Shown: one piece after another, positions 43,851 to 52,867 of the stretch
Numbering within the stretch: position 1 is the first letter of the stretch
Layout: each line of letters opens with the position of its first letter
Assembly: GCA_913060465.1 (NCBI GenBank)
Contig: CAJXTR010000001.1
Location: 1-62,352, forward strand
Reading direction: 5' to 3'
Source of the DNA: an uncultured Cryomorphaceae bacterium
GTDB taxonomy: Bacteria > Bacteroidota > Bacteroidia > Flavobacteriales > Schleiferiaceae
Length of the DNA: 62,352 bases
Notes under the pieces: generated by a model
The model's input: the letters and a program-made list of their open reading frames with translations, nothing else
What the model was told of the DNA's origin: nothing
Databases searched by the model: none
Made by a program: the position numbers and the translations under genes

Positions 43851-44816
43851 ATGAACTGGAAGTATTCCATTTTAACTGCCCTAGGGTTGTTTTCAACCTC
43901 ATGTGTTACAGATGAAACAATTGTAACTATTGGTTTTGGAAGTTGTAATGAGCCAACCCAAACCGACCACTTACTCCCAACCTTGAGTTCTGCCCTAGAC
44001 ACATTAGATACCTACATATGGCTTGGAGATAATATCTATTTACAAGACAACCAGTGGGATAGCTACAAAAGCACGATGGAACGTTATAATGAGGTCTTTG
44101 GATCACCTTCATTTCAGGAAATCCTGAGCAAAAGCAATCATTTAGCCATTTGGGACGATCATGATGCAGGCCCAAATGATTGTGATCTCAGCACATTTGA
44201 TGGTTTTGCTTCCACAATGCAGGCCTTCAAAGACTTCTGGCAGCCTAACTACACCCAACCAGACTCCAACAGTTACTACGGCCGTACTACCCTAGCAGAG
44301 GGCAAGATTGATATCTATCTGCTTGATAATAGAAGCTTTCGCACTGATAAGGACAGCTTTCATGCTACTGTTTTTGGGGTTGAACAACTCAGTTGGTTCC
44401 ACGAGACTCTTCAACAATCTACTGCTGAGGTGCATTTAATCTGTATGGGCGGTCAACTGCTCAATACCGCCCAAGTCTTCGAGAACATGAGCAACTACCC
44501 TGCTGAGCGTGAATTGCTTTTACAATGGCTCTCTGAAGCGCCAGGAGCACCCATAGTTTTGACGGGCGATCGCCACAGCGGTGAGATCAATGCTATTGAA
44601 ATCAATGGAAAGAAGATTGTTGAGGCATGTGCATCACCTATCACGGCGAATGCGCATCCACACCACGAAGAGGAAAACACCACTAGAGTTCATATCGGTA
44701 CCACCGACACACAACATTTTGGAACACTTCGTTTACATAAGACCAAGGCTGATTGGAACATTAATGTTTCGCTCATTGATGTGCATGGCGATGAGCTGTT
44801 TCAATACAAATACTAA
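43851..44816 (+). CDS. PhoD-like metallophosphatase lipoprotein
   Basis: ORF 43806..44816; the ATG at 43851 gives MNWKYSILTALGLFSTSC (lipobox). LGDNIY, WDDHD and TGDRH motifs. Confidence 0.6.
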   Translation: MNWKYSILTALGLFSTSCVTDETIVTIGFGSCNEPTQTDHLLPTLSSALDTLDTYIWLGDNIYLQDNQWDSYKSTMERYNEVFGSPSFQEILSKSNHLAIWDDHDAGPNDCDLSTFDGFASTMQAFKDFWQPNYTQPDSNSYYGRTTLAEGKIDIYLLDNRSFRTDKDSFHATVFGVEQLSWFHETLQQSTAEVHLICMGGQLLNTAQVFENMSNYPAERELLLQWLSEAPGAPIVLTGDRHSGEINAIEINGKKIVEACASPITANAHPHHEEENTTRVHIGTTDTQHFGTLRLHKTKADWNINVSLIDVHGDELFQYKY

Positions 44817-44976
44817 GCGTGAAACAAATTCATTAAGTAATTTATCGCATTGTATTTCAATGATTTAAATCACTGCAATTGAACCAAGGCTTATCGTTCA
44901 GACTCGGGCCCTTATGGCTCCTGAATTTTAATCCAAATTTCATTTGAATTGCGTTTCTAGACTGTTTCAATTGTAT

Positions 44977-44984
44977 TACATTTG
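44977..44984 (+). promoter_or_regulatory. -7 box (TACATTTG) 5 nt upstream of the HTH gene ATG
   Basis: Exact TAnnTTTG match; the ATG is at 44990. Confidence 0.45.
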
Positions 44985-44989
44985 TAACT

Positions 44990-45340
44990 ATGGAAGATGT
45001 AGTACAAAGAATTCAGGAGTACATGGAGCATACGGGGCACAATGCAACGTCATTGGCAAAAGCCATCGGTATGAACCGCCCTACCCTTGTACACATTCTC
45101 AATGGTAGGAATAAACCGAACCTGCAACTCTTGCGGCAATTGGCCTTATTCGATTCTGAGCTGGACGTGCGCTACCTATTGACCGGTATTAAGTCTATTC
45201 AAGTTGTTGAACAAAACATTCAACACACAGAGCCAACCCCCACTCCCTCTCCCGTGAAGGTTACGGAAACAAAGACTCACGAAAAACTGTTGGTATTAAA
45301 TCCTAACGGTACATGGAATACCTATACTAAGGAAGCGTAA
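44990..45340 (+). CDS. XRE-family helix-turn-helix protein
   Basis: HTH NATSLAKAIGMNRPTLVHILNGRNKP followed by a low-complexity Thr/Pro linker; 116 aa. Confidence 0.7.
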   Translation: MEDVVQRIQEYMEHTGHNATSLAKAIGMNRPTLVHILNGRNKPNLQLLRQLALFDSELDVRYLLTGIKSIQVVEQNIQHTEPTPTPSPVKVTETKTHEKLLVLNPNGTWNTYTKEA

Positions 45341-45372
45341 AGCGCTTATATTTGTACGGAATTCACAGGACT

Positions 45373-45894
45373 ATGATTACAAAGAACAAAGTATTACTCG
45401 GCTTAATCGTTTTAGCGTTCGTATCACGTATCGCTCCACATTACCCTAACTTTACAGCTATGGGTGCCTTAGCTTTCTTTGGCGCTACCCGTACCAAAAA
45501 CCTTTGGACAACTCTTGCAATGGTTTTCGGAGTAATGATGCTTAGCGATTTGATCATCAATAACATCGTATATCCGACAGGATCGTTCGTTTTGATGTAC
45601 TCTGGGTCTTTGTTTACTTATGCTGGATTCGCAGCATATGCCCTACTAGGTCGTTATGCTTCAAATGCGAAAAACAGCGCAGCTTTTCTCTTAATAGGCT
45701 CTTTGGCATTTTTCATGTTGAGCAACCTGGGTGTATACTTCAGCGCTTTCAACATGTTCCCACAGACCGTGGGTGGTTTGATTGCCACATATACAGCGGC
45801 TATCCCATTCTACGCACCGGAATTGATCTCAACAGCATTATTTAGCGTTTTAGCTTATGCTGCAGAGACCAAATTCAGTGCTGTAAAGGCTTAA
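45373..45894 (+). CDS. small polytopic membrane protein (DUF6580-like putative transporter)
   Basis: ORF 45352..45894; the ATG at 45373 gives MITKNKVLLGLIVLAF. Five to six hydrophobic spans; N-terminal RIAPHYPNFTAMGA motif. Confidence 0.5.
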   Translation: MITKNKVLLGLIVLAFVSRIAPHYPNFTAMGALAFFGATRTKNLWTTLAMVFGVMMLSDLIINNIVYPTGSFVLMYSGSLFTYAGFAAYALLGRYASNAKNSAAFLLIGSLAFFMLSNLGVYFSAFNMFPQTVGGLIATYTAAIPFYAPELISTALFSVLAYAAETKFSAVKA

Positions 45895-46898
45895 TAGATT
45901 ACTTGGCGAGGAATAACGCCAGCTGGAACAGTTTCCAACAAATCACCAGTAGTAGAATAAACGCGTAACTCACCGTTACTCGCGTAATCTTTGGCATCGA
46001 GGAAGTATAAATTACCCTCGTGGAAATTTAGTTTGTACCCTCCAGGTAAAGTCATCGTTGAGGTTTGCCATCCTTGGCCTGGTGTCCACTTCACAATCGC
46101 ACCGTCATAAGATGCATTCAGAAAGTATCCGTTTGTACCATCGCTTACCAGAGATATGGCGTGCTTATTTGCATTTGGAGCAACCACCTCTTCACTGAAA
46201 CCTGATCCCGTGTATTTCCAGATGCTCGATTTTGTATCCGGTGAAATCCCGAAATTTTGCTCTCCTGCATTTAAAACATATAGTTCATTGCCAATCACCG
46301 CAAAAGAATTAGGTACATCGCCCGTGTTGTAAAGCGTAGTTTCGAAAGTGTTCAAGTTCACTTCAGCTACTTTATATGGTGCTGAGTAGGTACCAACAGC
46401 AACAAACAACTTGTTTTCAAAGATGGTCATCTGTTCGGTGAAATTACCCATGTACAAGCTATCCACTTGAGCACCCGTTTCTTTCGAAAGTACATATACT
46501 GCACTATCCTTCCAGTTAGAGACAAAAATATTGCTGCCGTGAGCCGCCAAATAACGGGGTTGTTCAAGATCTACCGTCCATTTATGCTGGAGGGTATTTC
46601 TATTAAAAGCACGCACTTTATTGCCATTATTGATGGTTACGAAAAGCAATGAATCACTCTCAAGCATATGTTGAGCAACATTTCCTAATGGAAAACCATT
46701 TTCTGTGGCAATTGCTGATTCAATAAGTGTATCCGCATCATATGCAGTAATAGTACCCGTCCCTACACCAAAAGGCCCTTCATTAAGGATTAGGTGTAAA
46801 TCCGTGTAAAGGCCGCTAGGACCAGTTGCCGGTGGTGTTTTACCACAAGATGCCAAGCTGATTGCAGCAATAATGGCTAGGGATGATGTAATTCTCAT
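45891..46898 (-). CDS. beta-propeller surface lipoprotein (YncE/YVTN-repeat-like), B12-locus associated
   Basis: Lipobox LASCGK. Repeated blades of about 40 aa (LLFVTINNGNKV, NIFVSNWKDSAVYVL, NKLFVAV, NELYVLNAG, NGYFLNA, GNLYFLDA). Starts 3 nt downstream of the TonB receptor stop. Confidence 0.55.
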   Translation of the reverse strand: MRITSSLAIIAAISLASCGKTPPATGPSGLYTDLHLILNEGPFGVGTGTITAYDADTLIESAIATENGFPLGNVAQHMLESDSLLFVTINNGNKVRAFNRNTLQHKWTVDLEQPRYLAAHGSNIFVSNWKDSAVYVLSKETGAQVDSLYMGNFTEQMTIFENKLFVAVGTYSAPYKVAEVNLNTFETTLYNTGDVPNSFAVIGNELYVLNAGEQNFGISPDTKSSIWKYTGSGFSEEVVAPNANKHAISLVSDGTNGYFLNASYDGAIVKWTPGQGWQTSTMTLPGGYKLNFHEGNLYFLDAKDYASNGELRVYSTTGDLLETVPAGVIPRQVIY

Positions 46899-46901
46899 GT
46901 G

Positions 46902-48671
46902 TTATGAATGAAGTTTAAAGTTGAATAAATAGGTTCTGCCAGGCATAGGATAGTATTGGTAGTATTGTCGTTGTGCGCCTGTGAGGTTTTCGATTTTCAA
47001 TACACATTGCCAACGCTTATCCTTTCCGCTCAAAGAATATGCCAAATCGCACCACCCTTGAGCTGGCAATTCACCAGTTGATGCATTATCTCGGAGGGTA
47101 TGACGCAAACCCGTGTAATAGGCCCGCAACATGATCGAACCTATTGGCAACGGCTGTTCAATAGTGTAAACAGCTTGCAGCGCGGGTCTATAAATGAGTT
47201 GCTTGCCTATTAGGTTAGGATTATTCGAGGCCACATCTAGGATACGGCTGTATTGGTGAGTTATGTTGGCATCGTGATGCTGGCCAAAAAAGTCCTTATT
47301 AAGGCTGATGTTAGTTGTTCCAGTATATACCGAGTAATAGTTCTGGGGAGACCAAAGACCATTATTGCCCGGTGCCCATTGAATCATTTGGTCATAATAC
47401 AATTGATCCGTAGTAAATCGCAACCGGGTTTGCCCCCCGAGCTCGAATGAATACTTGGCGCCATAGGATCTTTCCGCAGCGATATTCAGGTTTCCACCAG
47501 GATTCCAAAACAGCTCATTCAAGGTGGGCAATCGGTAATAGGTGCCTGCGGAAAATTGGTGTAACCATCCCTGCTTAGTTTTGGTATAAAGTGCATAACT
47601 GCTGAGGTACAATTTATTCTGATACAAAGCCGCCCGAGAAACAACATGAATCTGCTTCTTTACTTTGAAAATCACTTGCCCTTGTGGCATGGAGGTCTTA
47701 GCGGTTCTATTCGTACCTGCGGCACTGTAACGATTAAATGTTAGTTGAGCATCGAAGCGCTTACCTGTATACACGTATTGCCCTGTGAATTGACCAAAAG
47801 TATTGGTATCTCGAATAGACAACACCGACATGGTATCTGTGTAGGCCTGCCATTCTTGAGAAGCAAAAAGTTTTAGTTGATGATTATCGCGTTTGACCTT
47901 GTACTTGAATCGAACCGTTTCATCTTCAAGATGATTCACGTAACCAGGCCCAATGACCGAGCCACTATTGTTTTTTTCGCTCTGGGTATACCATAAATCG
48001 GATACCCAAAACGATTTGCCTACACGACCACTGAACCGCTGCAAATAGCTCAGATCACCAAAATCATTTCCTTCCATCCTGCCCGATAAAGAACCTAGGG
48101 TGTACGGATAGGTATTTGCGCTAGTATTATAGCGCAGAATGCTTTGGTATCGAACTTTAGAAAAACTTCCCCAAGAATGGGCATTGAACGAACGCCCACC
48201 AATACTAGAGGCACCGACAGTTGTGGTTGTGCCTCGGCCGCTTTTTTGTCCAAGATTTATGTTTAACGCTCCCATTGAGCCCATGGCTGCCGTCGCGCCA
48301 CCGTTCATTCCATCAACAATAGCATCTGTACTAAGCATAAGAGCAGGAACAAGGCTGAGATCCAGAACACCGGTGGCCATACTACTAATGTCGATTCCAT
48401 CCCAAAGCACCCTACTCTGTTCACTTGTTGCACCTCCAAATGAGGACGTGACAACACTACCCGGGGTGTATTGCTTTAAAATGAATCGAGAATCTTTCTG
48501 AAGGTAATCAGATGCACTTTCTACATCCAGGGCCATCGAATCTGCCTTAGTTCTAAATTCTTCCGCCTTTGAGAAAATGCTGATGATTTCAGCAGTCCAT
48601 AAGGTGTCCGATTGTGCCAATGCCAAAGATGGGACCGCAAAGGCTATAAAAAGCAGCGAAATGTTCTTCAT
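46902..48671 (-). CDS. TonB-dependent receptor, BtuB-sized, under cobalamin riboswitch control
   Basis: Signal peptide, plug domain (GGATSEQSRVLWDGIDI) and a beta-barrel; 589 aa. Immediately downstream of the riboswitch. Confidence 0.85.
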   Translation of the reverse strand: MKNISLLFIAFAVPSLALAQSDTLWTAEIISIFSKAEEFRTKADSMALDVESASDYLQKDSRFILKQYTPGSVVTSSFGGATSEQSRVLWDGIDISSMATGVLDLSLVPALMLSTDAIVDGMNGGATAAMGSMGALNINLGQKSGRGTTTTVGASSIGGRSFNAHSWGSFSKVRYQSILRYNTSANTYPYTLGSLSGRMEGNDFGDLSYLQRFSGRVGKSFWVSDLWYTQSEKNNSGSVIGPGYVNHLEDETVRFKYKVKRDNHQLKLFASQEWQAYTDTMSVLSIRDTNTFGQFTGQYVYTGKRFDAQLTFNRYSAAGTNRTAKTSMPQGQVIFKVKKQIHVVSRAALYQNKLYLSSYALYTKTKQGWLHQFSAGTYYRLPTLNELFWNPGGNLNIAAERSYGAKYSFELGGQTRLRFTTDQLYYDQMIQWAPGNNGLWSPQNYYSVYTGTTNISLNKDFFGQHHDANITHQYSRILDVASNNPNLIGKQLIYRPALQAVYTIEQPLPIGSIMLRAYYTGLRHTLRDNASTGELPAQGWCDLAYSLSGKDKRWQCVLKIENLTGAQRQYYQYYPMPGRTYLFNFKLHS

Positions 48672-48713
48672 CCTATTCTAGCACTTGACCCAGAGCACCG
48701 TTAAATATTAATT

Positions 48714-48866
48714 GCAGGCCAAGTCTTCTGGCTCTTCGCTCCCATATCAACCTTCCCGCTTCCGCAGTGGATCTAGATACTTTCAACACGAATTACAGCT
48801 TCTGGCAAAGCCCCGGACTCCAACCGGGTTCCTTCTTCGGGCCAACCTCCGTTGACCAACCTGCCC
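48714..48866 (-). promoter_or_regulatory. cobalamin (B12) riboswitch aptamer
   Basis: The minus-strand RNA reads GGCAGGUUGG...GAAGGAACCCGGUUGGAGUCCGGGGCUUUGCCAGAAGCUGUAA...CCACUGCGGAAGCGGGAAGG...AGCCAGAAGACUUGGCCUGC. This matches the conserved cobalamin core blocks (GGAA-CCGGUG-A-UCCGG...CUGUAA; CCACUG...GGGAAGG; B12 box AGYCMGRAGACYUGSC) and P1 pairing GCAGG/CCUGC. Confidence 0.85.
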
Positions 48867-48868
48867 TT

Positions 48869-48876
48869 CAAAGATA
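48869..48876 (-). promoter_or_regulatory. -7 box (TATCTTTG on the minus strand) driving the riboswitch-TBDR transcript
   Basis: Plus strand caaagata, directly upstream of the aptamer 5' end. Confidence 0.45.
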
Positions 48877-48879
48877 CAG

Positions 48880-49746
48880 TTATGTATAACGCCCGAATAG
48901 CTTCAACGCACTATTATATGAACTTTCTATGCGCAGAGGATCCACCGTCGACTCGTACCCACCTTTTGCCAAAGCCGTCAATACCTTTTCAGTAGGCATG
49001 TTGCCAATCAGTGCATCCGAGGCAAAGGGGCAACCTCCAAAACCTCTCAAGGCTGTATCAATGCGGGTACATCCATTTTCAATAGCAATTAATGCCTTGG
49101 CAGACGCCTCATCATAAGTGCTGTGCATATGCGCTCCCCATGGTTTCGGGCTATTGGCTTGCATAAGGGCACATAACTCCGCAACACTGTCCTTAGTTCC
49201 TTGGCCAGTAGTATCACTGAGCGATAGAATATCCGCTCCGCACTCCACCGCTTGCTCCATGCGTTCCAAGACCATGTCTTGGTCGTATGATTCGCTATAG
49301 GGATTGCCAAAGGCCATGCTTAAATAGACTACGAGCTCAACATTGTTAGCCACAGCTAGATCTTTGACTCTTTTCAAGTCGTCCATTGCATCCGCGATAT
49401 TCTTTCGAGAATTGCGTTGCTGAAACACCTCGCTTACGCTAAAAGGATAGCCCCAAGCATCGATAAAATCAAACGCAGCGGCACGCTTGGCACCACCTTC
49501 ATTTGCAACTATAGATAGAAGCTGGGTGTTCGATTCACTTCTTGCCTCTTCTAGGGCAGAAAACAGCTCTTTCGCATCGGCCATTTGCGGCATTGCACGT
49601 GGACTAACAAAACTTCCCGCATCAATGGTATGAAAGCCACATTCAAGCAATTGCTCTAGGTAACTCACTTTATCAGCTGTTGGAATAAAATCATGAATAC
49701 CCTGCCAGGCATCACGGGGACACTCTACAATAGAGATTTGGTTCAT
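48880..49746 (-). CDS. hydroxymethylglutaryl-CoA lyase
   Basis: ORF to 49848; the ATG at 49746 (MNQISIVECPRDAWQG) avoids overlap with pyrD. TIM-barrel DRE motifs ECPRDAWQ, LSDTTGQG, GAHMHSTY. Confidence 0.85.
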   Translation of the reverse strand: MNQISIVECPRDAWQGIHDFIPTADKVSYLEQLLECGFHTIDAGSFVSPRAMPQMADAKELFSALEEARSESNTQLLSIVANEGGAKRAAAFDFIDAWGYPFSVSEVFQQRNSRKNIADAMDDLKRVKDLAVANNVELVVYLSMAFGNPYSESYDQDMVLERMEQAVECGADILSLSDTTGQGTKDSVAELCALMQANSPKPWGAHMHSTYDEASAKALIAIENGCTRIDTALRGFGGCPFASDALIGNMPTEKVLTALAKGGYESTVDPLRIESSYNSALKLFGRYT

Positions 49747-49777
49747 TTCTGAGGGTTGGATAGGTTCTCCCTCGAAA

Positions 49778-50794
49778 TTACAAATTGCGTAGGATTTTTC
49801 GCACCATTGACGGTCCTTCGTACAAGAAACCTGTCCATACTTGAACAAGATTAGCGCCGGCTTCTAATTTCTCTTTGGCATCCGCACCTGTAAACACACC
49901 ACCTACAGCAATGATTGCCACATCTTTATGAAGTTTTGAACGCAGGTACCTAACCACCTCTGTACTTCTTTCGCGTAGAATTTTACCACTCAAACCACCT
50001 GCGCCTATGGCATCGATCTTTTGAGCGCTAGCTTTTAAGCCCTCACGAGAAATGGTAGTATTCGTGGCAACTACACCATCAAGATTTAAGCTGTTAATGA
50101 TGTCTATAATATCATCAAGCTGACCCTCAGTAAGATCCGGCGCAATTTTTAGTAACAAAGGCTTTGCGCCAAGCTCGTTGTTCTTTGATTGGACCGCTTT
50201 CAAAAGCTTGGTAAGAGGTTCTTTTTCCTGCAGTTCACGGAGGTTTGGCGTATTAGGGGAACTAACGTTAACCACAAAATAATCAACCACAGGATGCAAC
50301 GCCTCCACGCCCAATAGATAGTCGTTTAGTGCCTCCTCATTCGGTGTTACTTTGTTCTTACCGATGTTACCTCCGATGACAATGTCGGTTTTCTTCTTTT
50401 GCAAACGCAGCACTGCTTCATCCAACCCACCATTGTTGAAGCCCATTCTGTTAATCACTGCCTCATCCTCCACAAGGCGGAATAATCTAGGTTTGGGGTT
50501 TCCAGGTTGTGCTTTAGGCGTAAGCGTACCTATTTCGATGAAACCGAAACCAAAACTTGCCAATTCATTGTAGAGTTTGGCATCTTTATCAAAACCAGCA
50601 GCAAGGCCTATGGGATTTCTAAAACGTAAACCCATTACTTCCGTTTCCTTGCCTTTTAACGAACCGAAAAAGGCATTAGCCAAAGCACTAATACCGGGAA
50701 TTTTAAAGGCCCATTTCAACGAGGTAAAGGTGAAATGATGCGCCTGCTCAGCGTTCATCGTAAAGAGGACGGGACGTATGATGCTTTTGTACAT
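49778..50794 (-). CDS. pyrD: quinone-dependent dihydroorotate dehydrogenase (class 2)
   Basis: N-terminal membrane-association helices, [18 protein letters not shown] and GGVFTGADA blocks. Confidence 0.92.
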   Translation of the reverse strand: MYKSIIRPVLFTMNAEQAHHFTFTSLKWAFKIPGISALANAFFGSLKGKETEVMGLRFRNPIGLAAGFDKDAKLYNELASFGFGFIEIGTLTPKAQPGNPKPRLFRLVEDEAVINRMGFNNGGLDEAVLRLQKKKTDIVIGGNIGKNKVTPNEEALNDYLLGVEALHPVVDYFVVNVSSPNTPNLRELQEKEPLTKLLKAVQSKNNELGAKPLLLKIAPDLTEGQLDDIIDIINSLNLDGVVATNTTISREGLKASAQKIDAIGAGGLSGKILRERSTEVVRYLRSKLHKDVAIIAVGGVFTGADAKEKLEAGANLVQVWTGFLYEGPSMVRKILRNL

Positions 50795-50795
50795 G

Positions 50796-51242
50796 CTAAT
50801 ATGATTTCAATCGAGCCAAATCACGTTTGGCATCTTTGTCTTTTAGTGACTGGCGTTTATCGTAATTTTTCTTGCCTCGAGCAACGGCAATGTTGAGCTT
50901 GACCCAACCTTTTTCAGAAATAAACAGTTTCGTAGGTACGATTGTAATCCCCTGATCTTTAACTGCTTTCTCAATCTTGTCCAACTCGCGTTTGCTCAAG
51001 AGCAGTTTGCGCTCACGAATGGGGTCATGATTATATATGTTACCATGTGACCATTCTGCCACATTCATGCCTTTGATAAATAACTCGCCTTCGGTTAAAT
51101 AGCAGTAGGCTTCAGCGATGGAGGCCTTGCCCATGCGAATGCTTTTCACCTCAGTACCTACCAGCTGCATCCCAGCAGTATAGGTATCCAACCATTCATA
51201 GTCGAATTTGGCGCGTTTATTTTTGATCTCAATGGATTTCAT
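50796..51242 (-). CDS. smpB: SsrA-binding protein
   Basis: ORF to 51260; the ATG at 51242 gives [15 protein letters not shown]. Typical SmpB blocks GTEVKS, KLLL.K.E and a basic C-terminal tail. Confidence 0.93.
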   Translation of the reverse strand: MKSIEIKNKRAKFDYEWLDTYTAGMQLVGTEVKSIRMGKASIAEAYCYLTEGELFIKGMNVAEWSHGNIYNHDPIRERKLLLSKRELDKIEKAVKDQGITIVPTKLFISEKGWVKLNIAVARGKKNYDKRQSLKDKDAKRDLARLKSY

Positions 51243-51256
51243 ACCGCAAAGGTACG

Positions 51257-51901
51257 TCACTCGCGGTCTTTAAGCATGGGAACGAAGGCTGCATCTCCCA
51301 ACACCTTTTGAACAAAGGTGCCATCTGCTTTCTTTTTGATTCGGACCATTTTTTGACTGCCTTCCCCTACCGGAATGATCATGATTCCCCCAGGGACCAA
51401 TTGGCCCAACAACGCCTTCGGAACATACGGCGCGCCACAGGTGACAATGATTCGATCAAAGGGCGCGAATACGGGCATTCCTTTAAATCCGTCTCCGTAC
51501 TTCATTTCAGCACGATAGCCTAAGGTGTCGAGCATTCCTTTAGAAAAATCAAACAACTCCTTTTGACGTTCTATGGTGAACAACTTAACACCAAGCTCAC
51601 AAAGCACAGCTGCTTGATAACCACTTCCTGTGCCTATTTCCAAAACCTTCATACCCGGCTCTACTTCTAACAGTTCTGACTGCCATGCTACCGTAGAAGG
51701 ATGACTAATGGTTTGATCCGCGGCGATGGGAAATGCCTTATCCTGGTAGGCATGTTGATGAAACCCGCTTTCCAGAAACCAATGCCGTGGGATCTTATTC
51801 ATAGCATTCAACACGACAGGACCTGCCAATCCTTTGTCTTTTAAAGCATTGCAAAGGATGGCTCTTTGGCCTTGATGTATGGAGGAATCAATGAATTTCA
51901 C
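51257..51901 (-). CDS. pcm: protein-L-isoaspartate O-methyltransferase
   Basis: SAM-binding VLEIGTGSGYQAA; PRHWF and ISHPSTVA blocks. Confidence 0.9.
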   Translation of the reverse strand: MKFIDSSIHQGQRAILCNALKDKGLAGPVVLNAMNKIPRHWFLESGFHQHAYQDKAFPIAADQTISHPSTVAWQSELLEVEPGMKVLEIGTGSGYQAAVLCELGVKLFTIERQKELFDFSKGMLDTLGYRAEMKYGDGFKGMPVFAPFDRIIVTCGAPYVPKALLGQLVPGGIMIIPVGEGSQKMVRIKKKADGTFVQKVLGDAAFVPMLKDRE

Positions 51902-51983
51902 AATTGGAAATTACTGCCAACTCCTTCCCGTTTCATTCTAATACAGCGTTGTTTTTAACAAATTGCTTTTGCGTTCCATTAAC

Positions 51984-51991
51984 TACCTTTG
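51984..51991 (+). promoter_or_regulatory. -7 box (TACCTTTG) abutting the lipoprotein gene start
   Basis: Exact TAnnTTTG match ending 1 nt before the ATG at 51992; a second ATG lies at 51998. Confidence 0.4.
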
Positions 51992-52867
51992 ATGCCCATG
52001 AAAAACCCGTTACGCTTGGCCTTTGCCGTATTGATTGGAGCTATACTCTCGAGTTGTGACCTCAATCCAGCGCCAGAAATTGCGTATCTCGAGGTTGAGG
52101 ACATGCAGGTCAATGCGAAGAATGATGAGGGCACATCTTCGTCCAAGCTAACTACATTATGGATTGAACAGGATGGTGAGCAGATCGGTGCCTTTACGCC
52201 ACCATGCCGTATTCCTGTCTATGCTAGAGAGAATTCTACGGTCCGATTCATTCCTGGCATCAACCTCAATGGTGCATTCTCGCAACGCAATCAATATGAA
52301 ATGCTAAGCCCGAATGCTGTGGAATGGGACTTACAGCCAGGGAGTACAAAATTGGTCGCCCCAATCCGGACTACCTTCGAATACAATCCAAACTACACAC
52401 TAGAAATCCTTGAAGATTTCGACGATGTCGGCCTGAATTACGTGCATACGGTCAAGAGTGATACCGTTTTATTGTTAACCGATATGGCGGGTGAAGCTTT
52501 TGAGCATCCAGGTGAATGGCCCAACAAAAGCGGCAAATTTGTTTTACCTCCCTCAACCCGTGGTGAGTTCAAAACATTAAAAGCATTTGAGCTGCCGAAA
52601 TTTGGTGCTAATGTTTGGATGGAAATAAATTATAAGACGGATGTTGCTTTGACCTTTGGTATATATGCGAATGAGCAACTTCAGAGCATACAAGCACCGG
52701 TGGTAACGCTTTTTCCTAACGATGAATGGAATAAAGTATATATCAATCTCGTTACTGAGGTTAGCGGTTACCCCAATGCCATAGATTACAACCTTTTCTT
52801 CGGAAGCATAAACACTTCTGAGGATACGACAACAACGTATATCGATAACATTAAACTGCTGTATTGA
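51992..52867 (+). CDS. hypothetical lipoprotein
   Basis: ORF 51989..52867. Signal peptide and lipobox ILSSCD; beta-rich; no recognised family. Its stop overlaps the start of the sugar transferase gene. Confidence 0.55.
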   Translation: MPMKNPLRLAFAVLIGAILSSCDLNPAPEIAYLEVEDMQVNAKNDEGTSSSKLTTLWIEQDGEQIGAFTPPCRIPVYARENSTVRFIPGINLNGAFSQRNQYEMLSPNAVEWDLQPGSTKLVAPIRTTFEYNPNYTLEILEDFDDVGLNYVHTVKSDTVLLLTDMAGEAFEHPGEWPNKSGKFVLPPSTRGEFKTLKAFELPKFGANVWMEINYKTDVALTFGIYANEQLQSIQAPVVTLFPNDEWNKVYINLVTEVSGYPNAIDYNLFFGSINTSEDTTTTYIDNIKLLY

